From NCBI RefSeq assembly GCF_004010195.1, contig NW_025215220.1:25825-62992 (forward strand): 37,168 bases of DNA, given 5' to 3'. A program made the translations under genes and the position numbers. Positions 22,213 through 33,475 of this stretch are shown piece after piece. The notes below the pieces were generated by a model, which was given only the letters and a program-made list of their open reading frames with translations, was not told the origin of the DNA and did not search any database. The stretch comes from Chiloscyllium plagiosum. Lineage: Eukaryota. The first letter of the stretch is position 1, and each line of letters opens with the position of its first letter.

Positions 22213-22692
22213 CATGAAAATTCACAATCAAAGTTACTCACTTCCTACGCATTAGTGTAAGTGACACCTCTCACCCGAAGGGATTGGGAGATAAACAGCA
22301 GAAGAGCAATGGACTCTTCCCTCCCTCCAGAAAAGCGGACAAGTAGAAACAAATTGGTTTAATTATCCGCCAGTGGAGAGAGCCCAGTTCCTGGGGCTGA
22401 GACAAACATGAGCGCCCCGGGGACAGAATGACAAGCAGATGTTCTGGAAACTCGTTGCTGCTTGCAATTCTTGGAGCAATGTGGAATGTACTTCACACTG
22501 AGCAAGTTTCAGCTGGCTCAGAGTCTCCAGTGTACAATGCTCTCTGAGTTTATATTTGCACATCGACGATATGTCTGCACAACAACACATGACACTACAG
22601 CAGTGAAGATCTTTTGACGTCATTCTCGAACATGCAAGTCACACGCCAGCTGAAAAGCTGAATACTTCTCTGGAAAAGCTGCTGTGCAATGC

Positions 22693-22755
22693 AGGAGAAT
22701 GGCACAGCGGGTGCATGCTGGGATCATAACCCAGAAGCGAAACCATTTTCTCCTA
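22693..22755 (+). tRNA. Initiator tRNA-Met pseudogene with internal deletion
   Basis: aggagaatggcacagcgggtgcatgctgggatCATaacccagaagcgaaaccattttctccta; the upstream flank is homologous to that of 20988. Confidence 0.7.
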
Positions 22756-23540
22756 TTCACTGAATGTCGTCTTTCGCGGTTTTCCCGTATAACAGCGCTC
22801 TGTTCTTTTCCTTGCCTTGTCATTTGCTTCCCAAAACTTCGGGTATCTGAGCTCAATATATCACATCGATACACAAGTCAAATTTACACAGTTGCGCTGG
22901 CACCCTTGTGGAGCTCTGAGTTGTCTTGTCCTGTTCTCTGTCGGTGTGTCCTGATCTCGTGTGAAACCTCTTCTCTCAGATGGCAATGAACCGGTGAAGT
23001 TGAAACACATGACTTGCTGTTTTAGTCCATTTCCTTCAGTAAAGAAACCAACAGCCGTGTAATAAAAAGGCATTCTGCAGGATTGCTGTGTCAAGACTAA
23101 TTCTGAACACCAAACAGGCTGCACAAAAATGCACTCATCCCAATTTACCTGAGGGAAGAGTATCCAGTGTCCATTTCTCTCTGTCCCGACAGCACAGCAC
23201 CTTTCTATCTCTCTGTTCAAAGTTGCCCATTTCCTACGCATGACTGTAACTGACTTATCCTGCCTCATGTAATAGTGTGAGAGAGCAGAGGAGTGAATGG
23301 GCTCTGCCTTCCACCAGCACAGCTTGTAAGTAGAAACGAAATGGTTCAATTATCCACCAGTGGAGAGAGCCCGGTCCCTGGGGAAGAGACAAACAGCAGC
23401 GTCCTGGGAGCAGGGACACAGATTGAGAAGCAGATGTTCCTGAAACTCTTCCCTACTTGCAATTATGGGAGCAATGCACAATGTATTTCGTATGGAGCAA
23501 GTCTCAGCTGCTTCAGGATGTGGCTGCATCTATGGCTGGT

Positions 23541-23631
23541 GGCTCGTTAGTCTGGGATATGATTCTAGCTTTGGGTCTTCGAGCATATGCAGCCGTGTGA
23601 GAGTTCCCGGGTGCCCAACCCAGGCGAACCA
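23541..23631 (+). tRNA. tRNA-Pro(TGG) pseudogene with 20 nt insert after position 37 (23576-23595)
   Basis: ggctcgttagtctgggatatgattctagctttggg[tcttcgagcatatgcagccg]tgtgagagttcccgggtgcccaacccaggcgaacc. Confidence 0.7.
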
Positions 23632-25193
23632 TCATTCCTTAAATTGACCTGAGCAAAAATGCCCGATGAATTTTCTCAAAAAACCGCTTCGTTAAATAAG
23701 ATCGGACTGCCTGAACTAGGGACGGCGCAGAGCTGCCATTGCAGTGAACATGGCGAAGGGAAACATTTGTTGAAAGTGAAAACAAGTATTGCCGATTTTT
23801 CGCCCGCGCAATCCGAGTCTGAATGAATCCTCCACCCGTATTACGCTCAATTCTGAGGATGATACTTCAGGAAGCGCTGAACAGGTTAACGTGAATGGAA
23901 TGTCAGCAATGAAGGGAGATTGGAAAGTTTGGGGCAACTCTCTTTGGAGAACAGAGGGCTGAAAGCTGGCCTGATTGAAGTTTTCCACGTCATGAGGGTT
24001 TTAAACAGAGGAAATAATGCAGTGAAAATGCTCCCAGGCCTGAAAGGATCGAGAACGATTTGGCAGAGATTTAAAGTCACCAGGAAAACAAGTAAAGGTG
24101 ACATAAGGAAGACCGTTTTCGTACAGGGAGTGGGGTCAGTAAGTCACTGTCTGACAGTGACGAAGAGGCAGATTCAATGGACACAAAAGGGAATTCGGTG
24201 GGCATGTTCAATGTAACAATATGCAAATTTACAGGGAGAAGGCGACAGAATGAGATACTTAATTACATATTGTTTTAAACCAGCAGAGCTAAGGTGGGCT
24301 GCGTAGCCTCAGTCTGCGCTGTCACACATTTCGTGATTCTGAGTGAAATCGGAGTTGGACCAACAGAACGTAGGAAATTTGACAACGGGTATATTCTGCC
24401 CAACAAGATATTCCATCACAGCAATGAAGGTGTTTTGACGTCATTCTCGAAGGTACATGACGCAATGCAGATTCAAAACGGTGTATTGCTTTGAATCACG
24501 GAGTAATTTGTTGCCAGTTATTTAGTTGAGGTGAGGGGAGTTGCGCATTGGAACCTATCCAGTTGATAGGTCGAAGCCGTTTTCTCCTGTGTGATAGTCC
24601 CACCAGCACTCCAATTTGCTGTGCTTCCAGTCAGCAGATGCAGATCACTATCCCATACTGATACACGGGCCACGATGACCCAGCTGTGGTGACAAGCTTG
24701 TGAAGGTCTGAGTGCTCTTCTCCTGTTTTCTGTCGGCCTACTATGATCCCAATAATCAAACCTCTCTTCTCCGAGATAGGAATAAACTGATGAAGGTGAA
24801 ACACATCAGTTGCGGTGTGTCCAATGCGCAGGAGGCCCTGCATTAATTCCCCACGCTGTTTCACACAGCAGCATCCACTCGGTGAATTACGCTTGGCAAA
24901 AAAAAGATTGAACCAAATCAATGTCCACCATTGGATTTTACTGACACCGTTTATAAAATTCAGACTCACCGTTAATGTGGAGAGGGGCCGTCAGACTGTA
25001 GTTTCCGCTCCTTCTGTTGAATCAAGATAATTTTAACTGTGTCCAGTGAGAGGAATGGTTTTTGCTGTCGGTGGGAAACATTTCTATCTGAACTCGCTGT
25101 GACTCTGCTATGACAGAAGGAGCTGGGACCTCCTTATAGGTGGAAACACAAAGCTGGCAATTTCTAGATTATGTTGTAAAAATATCGGTATAA

Positions 25194-25234
25194 TGTTATT
25201 CACACCGCGCAGTCACCAACTGAACGAAGCGGCT
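25194..25234 (-). tRNA. 5' half relic of tRNA-Ile(AAT)
   Basis: Minus strand agccgcttcgttcagttggtgactgcgcggtgtgAATaaca versus vertebrate ggccggttagctcagttggttagagcgtggtgctAATaacg; 3' half absent. Confidence 0.5.
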
Positions 25235-25465
25235 GTGTGTTTAAATCCTGTGATGAACAGTTTGTCTTTTACTTCTCCCATTGCGGGGAGCTGAGCATTT
25301 ACCCAAACAATAGGCACACCACCTCCCTGACACAGTGTTCACAAATCAAACTGACAGCAAAGCTTCACGTGTGATCGAAAGTTTCCGCAAAGAAGATTTG
25401 GCTGAAGAGATGAACGGAGTGAAAGTGTTCCTTTCTTGATTTGGAATGTAAGAAGCTGATTTAAG

Positions 25466-25537
25466 TGAGCCTGACGTGGTTTGAGCAAGCAACCTTCGGA
25501 TCTGGGGTCAGAAGCGCTACCGCTGCGCTACCAACTC
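25466..25537 (-). tRNA. tRNA-Trp(CCA) pseudogene, 72 nt
   Basis: Minus strand gagttggtagcgcagcggtagcgcttctgaccCCAgatccgaaggttgcttgctcaaaccacgtcaggctca aligns without gaps to vertebrate tRNA-Trp. Confidence 0.8.
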
Positions 25538-25694
25538 ACGGTGAGCCATGACTTCTCTTCATGCTGAAGGGAAGTGATAGCACTGCAATGATTTTCCGTT
25601 ATGAGAAACAACGGAGATCAACAGTTCATGTCTGGTCTGTCTCTCACCCCTCTCTTTCTGTCTCTCGAAAAAAATTCCAACTCTCTCTCAATAA

Positions 25695-26425
25695 AAATCT
25701 GAAAGAACTGCGGATGCTGTATATCAGAAACAAAAAAAAACAGGAGTTGCCGGTGACCCTTCCACAGAACTGATGGTGATTGGGAAAATGTCGGTTTGTA
25801 TGCAGGAGATATTGTGGGAGGAAGGCGGAGATCAGGACAGAGCCCAAAGCGAAGGAAGAACTGTTGGATAGAAAAAGGAGTTGATAACGATCTGCGTGGG
25901 AGGGTGAATAATTGTTAATGGAGACTGTTCGTGGCTACGTAGTGTGGAATGGCAGACTATGTAATAACAAGGCTTGGGTGTGTGTGGTAGGGGAGAGGAC
26001 ACTATGGAGTTCAGGCCATAGAATCATTGAATTCGAGATTGGGACCGGAGGGATGTATGGTCCCCAAGTGTAATATTCGGAGCTCTTCGTTCTACTGGTG
26101 CTGAGCTTCGCTGGGACAATACAGCAAATCTGAGACAGAGATGTTGGCCAGGGACAGGGTGGGGTCTTGAATTGGAAGGTCAGGACCTTTTTTGCGGGCA
26201 GAACCTAGATCTTCTGCGAAGCAGTCACCCAGTTTATGCTTCGTTTTCCCCAATGTCGATGAGTCCACATTGTGAGCAGCAAATGCAGTACACTGGGTTG
26301 TGGATAGTGCAGGTAAAGTGCCGCTTCACCTGGCAGGTAAGTTTTGCCCCTTGTATAGTGATGAGGGAATAGGTAAATGGACTGGTGTCACACATTCGCC
26401 AGTTGCAGGGGTAAATGCCAGTGGA
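25695..26425 (-). mobile_element. Penelope-like element 3' part (GIY-YIG endonuclease relic plus terminal repeat)
   Basis: Minus strand near 26215-26295 translates YCICCSQCGLIDIGE, resembling the PLE YCIxCxxCxLxYIGET motif; terminal repeat at 25695-25770. Confidence 0.7.
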
Positions 26426-26479
26426 CTACTGGGGTGGGATTGGGGGTTGGGTTGATGGGAATGAAGGAAAAGTGGACCC

Positions 26480-29205
26480 AAGGCATAACTCCTGCCCATT
26501 TACCTATCTGCCAAATAGAGGAATTTGTTCACTGTGTACAAGGAAATATTCTAATTCACAATGTGGATGTACATATTGGAGAGGGTGCAAAACCTAAGGG
26601 CCAACAACCCCAATTCTATTAACATTAAAATAGTGATTGAAAATAATATATCAGATCTAAAAGTTGAAGTTCTAAATTGGAGGAAGATTCAGGTATTAAG
26701 CAAAATCTTTGAAAAGCTGATTGGCGGCAGATGTTCGCAGGTTAAGGAACTGCTGGAAAATGGGAAGCCTTCAGACATGAGATAACAAGAGTCCAGACAC
26801 AATTTATTCCAGTTCGGATGAAAGGAAAGGCTAGTAGGTGTAGGGAATGCTGGATGACTAGAGAAAATGATATTTTGGTTAAGAAAAACAAGGAAGCATA
26901 CGTCAGGTATAGACAGAGAGATCGAGTGAATCCTGAGACTATATAGGCAGTACGAGCATACTTAAGAGAGAAATAATGAGGGCAAAAAGGGGACATGAGA
27001 TAGCTTTGGCAAATAGAGTTAAGGAGAATCCAAAGTATTTTTAAAAATACATTAAGGACAAAAAGGTAATAAGGGAGTGAATATTGCCCCTCAAAGATCA
27101 GCAAGGCGACCTTATGTGTGGAGCTGCAGTCGATGGAGGAGATGCTGAATGAATATTTTGCATTAGTGTTTACCGTGGAGAAGGGCATGGAAGATATAGA
27201 CTGTGGGGAAAGAGACTGTGACATGTTGGAAAATGTTCACATTACCGAGGAGGAGGTCTTGAAATGCATAAAAATGGATAAATCCCCAGGACCTGATCAG
27301 GTGTACCCTAGAACTCTGTGGGAAGCCAGGGAAATCATTGCTCGGCCTCTTACTGAGATATTTGTATCATCAATAGTAACAGGTGAGGTGCCGGAGGACT
27401 GGAGGGTGGCTAACGTGGTGCCACTATTTAAGAAAGTGGTAATGAAAAGCAGGAAACGCAGGACCAGAAAGCCTAACATCCGTGGGTGACAAGTTGTTGG
27501 AGAGAATCCTGGGAGATAGGATTACATGCATTTGGAAAAGCAAGAATTAATTAGCAATAGTCAGCATGGCTTTGTACGTGGATATTCATGTCTGACAAAT
27601 TTGATTGAGTTTTCTGAAGAAGGAGTTTGATTCAGATAAATGCGAGGTTCTGCATGTTGGGAAAGCAAATCTTAACAGAACTTATGCACTTAATGGTAAC
27701 GTCCTAAGGACTGTTGCTGAACAAAGAGATTTTGGAGTGCAGGTTCATAGCTCCTTGAAAGTGGAGTCACAGGTAGATAGGATAGTGAAGCAGGAGTTTG
27801 GTATGCTTTCGTTTATTTGTCAGCGTATTGAGTACAGGAGTTGGGCGGTCATGTTGCGACTGTACAGAACATTGGTTAGGCCACTGTTGGAATATTGCGT
27901 GCAATTCTGGTCTCCTTCCTATCGGAAAGATGTGAAACTTGAAAGGGTTCAGAAAAGATTTACAAGGATGTTGCCAGGGTTGGTGGATCTGAGCTACAGG
28001 GAGAGGCTGAACAGTCTGGGGCTGTTTTCCTTGAAGCGTCAGAGGCTGAGGGTTGACCTTATAGAGGTTTACATAATTATGAGGGGCATGAATCGGACAA
28101 ATAATCAAAGGCTTTTCCCTGGGATGGTGGAGTCCAGGACTAGAGGGCATAGGTTTAGAGTGAGAGAAGAAAGATATAAAAGGGCTCTAAGGAGCAACTG
28201 TTTCACGCAGAGGATGGTACGTGTATGGAATGAGCTGCCAGAGGAAGTGGTGGAGGCTGGTACAATTGCAACATTTAAGAAGCATGTGGATGGATATATG
28301 AATAGGAAGGATTTGGGCTGGGTGCTGGCAGGTGGGATTAGATTGGGTTGGGATATCAGTTCGGCATGGACGGGTTGGACAGAAGGGCCTGTTTACATGC
28401 TCTACATCTCTATGACTCTAAGTAAGAAAGTGGATTGATGAAGGCAGAGCAGTGGACGTGATCTGTATTAACTTCAGGAAGGCGGTCAACAAGGTTCCTC
28501 ATGGGAGACAGGTGAGCAAGGTTTTATCTCATGGAATATAGGGAGAACTAGCCATTTGGATACAGAACTGGCTCGAAGTCAGAAGACAGAGGGTGGTGAT
28601 GGAGGGTTACTTATCAGACTGGAGGCCTGTGACCAGTGGTGTATAATAAGGATCGGTGCTGGGTCCACTAATTTTTGTAATTTATGCAAATGATTTGGAT
28701 CTAAACATTGGAGGTATAGTTACCAAGTTTGTAGATGACACCAAAATTGGAGGTGTAGTGGATGCAAAGAAGATTACCTCAGATTACAACGGGATTTTGA
28801 TCAGATGGGCCAATGAGCTGAGTGGCAGATTGAGATTAATTTCGAAAAATGTGCGGTGCTGCATTTTGGAAAAGCATCACAGAACAGGTCTTTTCCACTT
28901 ATTGGTAAGGTCCTCGGGAGTGTTGCTGAACAAAGAGACCTTGGAGTGCAGGTTGATAGCTCCTTAAAAATAGAGTCGCATGCAGATAGGATGGTGAAGT
29001 AGGCGTTTGTTATGCTTTGCTTTATTATTCAGAGTATCGAGTAAAAACATTGAGAGCTCATGTTGCCACTGTACAGAACATTGGTCAGGACACTTTTGAA
29101 ATATTGTATGTAATTTTGGTCTGCTTCCTATCGGAAAGATGTTGTGAAACTGGAAATGGTTCCAAAACGATTTACAAGGATGTTGCCAGGGTTGGAGGAT
29201 TTGGC
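26480..29205 (+). mobile_element. Long degenerate CR1-type LINE ORF2, interrupted by a nested CR1
   Basis: LNEYFALVFTVE, KSPGPDQVYPRTL, VPEDWRVANVVPLFKK, QHGF, CLTNLIE; resumes at 28420 with IDEGRAVDVI, SVLGPLIFVIYANDL and KFVDDTKIGG. Confidence 0.92.
27623..28419 (+). mobile_element. Nested 5'-truncated CR1 copy with open C-terminal frame and 3' tail
   Basis: EFDSDKCEVLH...LEYCVQFWSP...WNELPEEVVEA, ending ctctatgactct; host sequence is continuous on either side. Confidence 0.9.
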
Positions 29206-30259
29206 CTAAATGGCGTACTCCTCCTGTTACTATGAATCTGTAACCCTGCATTCACCATGGAAGGAGGATTCCCATGGCACAGAGGAGGTTTTCTAGCCTA
29301 AAACTAAAGCCATTGCTTTGCTTGAACTACAACTGCTTGACTTGGAGGAGAGCAGGAGTTTGCAAAGTTTCCTCCGCTCCACATGTGCCTCAACTGCAGG
29401 GCAGCTGTCCGGCACGTCCTCCATTGTTGACGTCACAACGGGAATGCAGCCCTGTCAGTTTCAGAGTGAAACTCCCTCCCTCTGGGCAGCATCTTGGAGC
29501 AAAGAAATGTCACCACCTTTCCATTCCCCATCCTCCGAGAGTGGGACAGGGGCAGGGAGGGGGAGATGGGGTGGATGAAACACTGTTCACTTGTAGCAAC
29601 TGGAGTGAATCCAGGGAGGGAGCAGAGTCTCCAAAGGTGTTCAGCTACTCTTCTTGTCTCTTAAGAGCGTTTTCCTTGTGTATTCCTTCAGTTTGGCACG
29701 TTTACAGTTTGCACCCGAGAAAAGGATTACTTCTTTCCTAATGTTCACAGTTAAAAGGGTAATTTCTTATGGAACTGAGCAGCATTTAAAGGTTGGGGAC
29801 ATTGATATAAAACGTAGATGTATGATGCTTCATTTGGTGTATATCTGATATTGTTGGCTGTTGTAAAATTTTGTTTGCAATTATTATTCACCTTCTAATG
29901 TAGTAATGGGGTCACGTCCTTTTTTGTCATCATTTTTTATTTACTCCGACAGCAGGAACTCATTCAGTAACTTACCTGGCTCTTGTTTCTCAAGCAGCCT
30001 TGACATTTCATTTTCATGTCCTTGATTCAGCTCCATTTCCAGCACCTTTTTAGGCAGTTTATTCCATGCTATTGTCACTGAAATGAAGTTTTCCTCCAAA
30101 CACACTTAAGGCTATCTGGTTGCATAAGTGTTTTCAGGTTTCTGTGTGCTGGATAATGTGTGATCTGCAGGCATCTGGCAATCTACAGGAATTGGCACCT
30201 TTGTAATGTTCATTTAACTGTACTGACCGTGATCACTTATTTTGTGATTTATTTTGCAG

Positions 30260-30920
30260 GAATATGTGCAGAAAGAAATCTGAAAGCAAATGATCCATCA
30301 ACTTCTGACACAGCCATTTGATTTATTGGGACTTGAATATTAGCAGCCATTCAAATCAAGAAGACATGATTGTTTTTGTTTGCTTGAAAGCTTTTGGACA
30401 CTGGTGCGGCAGGAAGAATACTGAGACACCGAATAATGGAGATTCAGTGCGCTGACTGTGAAAAGTGCTTCAAACCATTTACTCAGCTTGGAGGAATCAA
30501 AATCTCACCCCTCACGGTGGAAAAGACTATGTCCCCGTTCTGTTTGTAATTTCAAATGCAAAGCAACACAAGGAAAGCTCCCCCAAAGGGGAAACCGTGG
30601 AAATGTGGGGATAGTGTGAAGGGATTCCCTTCCCCATCCCTGCTTGAAACCCACAGATGCATTCACACCGGGGAGAGGCCTTTCACCTACTCAGTGTGCA
30701 GGAAGGGGTTCAGTCGGATCTGCCATCTGCAGACGCACGAGTGGGTCCACAAGGGAGAGAAGCCATTCATGTGCCCCATGTACAGGAGAGGGTTCACTCA
30801 GTCAGTTGCACTGCTGACCCACCAGCGGGTCCACACTGGAGTGAGGCCATTCACCTGCTGTAAATGCCAGAAGGGCTTCACCTGCTCCTCCCACCTGCGG
30901 AGGCACCAGTGAGTTCACGT
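30260..30920 (+). pseudogene. C2H2 zinc-finger pseudogene (terminal exon; ORF 30556-30912)
   Basis: Four fingers with TGERP linkers, all broken: C->S, C->Y, C->Y, and HQ*VH (tga at the Arg position). Acceptor ttttgcag|g at 30259. Confidence 0.85.
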
Positions 30921-30951
30921 GTCATCGCAGGGGGAATTGAACGAGTCATGG

Positions 30952-31208
30952 NNNNNNNNNNNNNNNNNNNNNNNNNNNNNNNNNNNNNNNNNNNNNNNNN
31001 NNNNNNNNNNNNNNNNNNNNNNNNNNNNNNNNNNNNNNNNNNNNNNNNNNNNNNNNNNNNNNNNNNNNNNNNNNNNNNNNNNNNNNNNNNNNNNNNNNNN
31101 NNNNNNNNNNNNNNNNNNNNNNNNNNNNNNNNNNNNNNNNNNNNNNNNNNNNNNNNNNNNNNNNNNNNNNNNNNNNNNNNNNNNNNNNNNNNNNNNNNNN
31201 NNNNNNNN
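30952..31208. other. Assembly gap (257 N)
   Basis: Run of n characters. Confidence 1.
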
Positions 31209-31544
31209 GAGTTGGGGAGTGTGTGCACTTTGAGCTTGAGCTTTTTTTTAAGAAATGTACTTTTTGTGCGCCTTTTTGCTGGGGTGATCTGAAGCTGTAA
31301 CAAAATTGGGGCGATGTAGAAATTACCTGAACTTACTGCTAGGTTTAAATGCTTGTTGAAAGCCGTGAGATCCAACAGGTTTTTGTTTTAAAGCTGCTCA
31401 TTGCTTTCAGCTTCCAGCACTAAGTTTCCAATGTCATATCTCAGAAGGAGCAGTGAATGAGTAGCTAATGTTGTCAGAAATTGTCAATTTTTCAGGACTG
31501 CAGGTTCATTGTTTCATTGGCATTGCAACGTTTACTGGCAACAG

Positions 31545-32310
31545 TGGGAGGTGTGGGCTGTATTCACTGGAAACAAAGTTTAAAAATCACACAAACACCA
31601 GGGTATAGTTCAACATTTGGAAGCACTAGGTTTTGTAACGCTGCTCCTTCATCAGGTAGCTGCGGAATAGGATCATAAGACACAGAATATATAGCAAAAA
31701 TTATAGTGCCATGCAACATAAATGATATATTGAAGAAACCTAGATTGTTGTTAAGTCTTTCACTTTTAAAATCGGTTGCAGATTTCGGTTCGTTAATATG
31801 TAAATTCCAGAACTTCTTTTAAATCACATTCTCCACGTAACATAATGTTTTATAAAAGGAGGTGACACCTCAGGTCAGACAACACATGAAAGCTGACAGG
31901 TGAAAGTATGTCTGTATCCCAATCTTGAGTCAGACGGGTTCTATTTCCAAATATATAATCCTGCAAATGCAAATTCACCCCAAAGACTGCTGTGTGTAAG
32001 TCATGCATAAGAGAGTGCGTGTGTGTGCGCGTGTGTGTGCTGGATAAAGTGTGTGTGTGATGGAATATAACATGTGAGAGAGTGTATGCGAGGCCGTGAG
32101 TGTGTGGGGTGTATTTGTGTATGTTTAAGAGAGAGCGTGTCTGTCAGGGAGGGTCTGCGCGAGCGTGCCAGTGTGTAAGAGTGTGTGTGAGAGAGAGAGA
32201 GTGTGTGTATCGTGTAGCTGGGTCTCCTGTAGTGTGACATGAACCCAAGGTCTCGGCTGAGGCCATCCTCATGTGTTCCAAACTTGCCTATAAGCCTCTG
32301 CTCAGCCACT
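31545..32310 (-). mobile_element. Penelope-like element 3' end with degenerate (TG/AG)n tract (31990-32210) and terminal repeat
   Basis: AEQRLIGKFGTHEDGLSRDLGFMSHY resembles a PLE endonuclease C-terminus; terminal aaaatcacacaaacaccagg...gctgctccttcatcagg at 31583-31657. Confidence 0.65.
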
Positions 32311-32332
32311 AGAAATGTTGGAGAGGACAAGG

Positions 32333-32452
32333 TGAAGAGCCTATGCCGGAAACGTTGATTGTCCTGCTCCTCGGATGCTTCCTGATCTGCTGTGCTTTAC
32401 CAGCACCGCGCTCTGGACCCTAATCTCCAGCATCTGCAGTCATCACTTTCGC
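32333..32452 (+). mobile_element. Penelope-like terminal fragment
   Basis: tgaagagcctatgccggaaacgttgattgtcctgctcctcggatgct...ctccagcatctgcagtc. Confidence 0.65.
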
Positions 32453-32627
32453 CCTGAAAGCGGCGAATATTCTATTCCTAGAATTTTAAATCTTTTCAAA
32501 TATTCCCCCTCCCCTCACCCTAAACCTATACCCTCTAGCTTTGGAAAACCTCTACCCTGGGGTAAAGACAGAAACGTTGAGCAGCCAGACAAAATCCAAA
32601 AATAATAAAATGCACAGGCACAGGGAA

Positions 32628-33475
32628 AAGACATTTCAGCAAAAAAAAAATGGCTTCGGCAATTTTCTCTCGTTTTCGCATTTGGACACTTAAAAAATTG
32701 TCATGATTTGGAGGTGTCAGTGTTGGGCTGGAGTGTATAAAGTTAATAATCACACAATACCAGGTTGTAGTCCAAAAGACTTGTTCGGAAGCTCTAGCTT
32801 TCTGCTCAAGGTCATAAATTCTGTCTTACGGTCTTATACTCCACAACTGCCTGACACAGAAGCAGCGCTCCGACAGCTAGCGCTTTCAAAAAAATTTGTT
32901 GGACTATAACCAGGTGTTGTGTGATTTTTAACTTTAAAATTTGTCATTAACAGCAGCATCGCGGCAGAGCATACTGAGCATGCTTCGCGGTGTCAGCAAG
33001 CACTGCGCATGTCCACTGGTGTCAGCAAAGCATTGCGCATACTCCTGGTTGAAGACATTTCAGCAAAAAAAAAATGGCTTCGGCAATTTTCTCTCGTTTT
33101 CGCATTTGGACACTTAAAAATTTGTCATGATTTAGAGCTGTCAGTGTTGGGCTGGAGTGTATAAAGTTAATAATCACACAATACCAGGTTGTAGTCCAAA
33201 AGACTTGTTCGGAAGCTCTAGCTTTCTCCTCAAGGTCATAAATTCTGCCTTACGGTCTTATACTCCACAACTGCCTGACGCAGAAGCAGCGCTCCGACAG
33301 CTAGCGCTTTCAAAAAAATTTGTTGGACTATAACCAGGTGTTGTGTGATTTTTAACTTTAAAATTTGTCATTAACAGCAGCATCGCGGCAGAGCATACTG
33401 AGCGTGCTCCGCGGTGTCAGCAAGCACTGCGCATGTCCACTGGTGTCAGCAAAGCATTGAGCATTCTCCTGGTTG
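32628..33475. repeat. Recent tandem duplication, 424 bp x2
   Basis: aagacatttcagcaaaaaaaaaatggcttcggc starts at 32628 and 33052; the copies differ by only scattered substitutions. Confidence 0.97.
32739..32936. mobile_element. MITE-like palindromic element made of two inverted PLE termini; second copy at 33163-33360
   Basis: aaagttaataatcacacaataccaggttgtagtccaa ... ttggactataaccaggtgttgtgtgatttttaacttt form imperfect inverted repeats of about 60 bp. Confidence 0.7.

Noticed and set aside
24515..24590. Third initiator tRNA-Met relic
   Set aside because: The position matches by flank homology and ggtcgaagccgttttctcct resembles the 3' end, but the rest is too degraded to support a call.
27605..28438. 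277 aa ORF as a host gene
   Set aside because: It is the C-terminus of a nested 5'-truncated CR1 ORF2 with a non-ATG start borrowed from the host element.
29240..30130. LTR-like or coding segment (155 aa ORF at 29274-29741)
   Set aside because: No domain similarity, terminal motifs or target-site duplication that I can support; probably an unclassified repeat.
30864..31375. ORFs containing X runs
   Set aside because: Artefacts of translating through the N gap.
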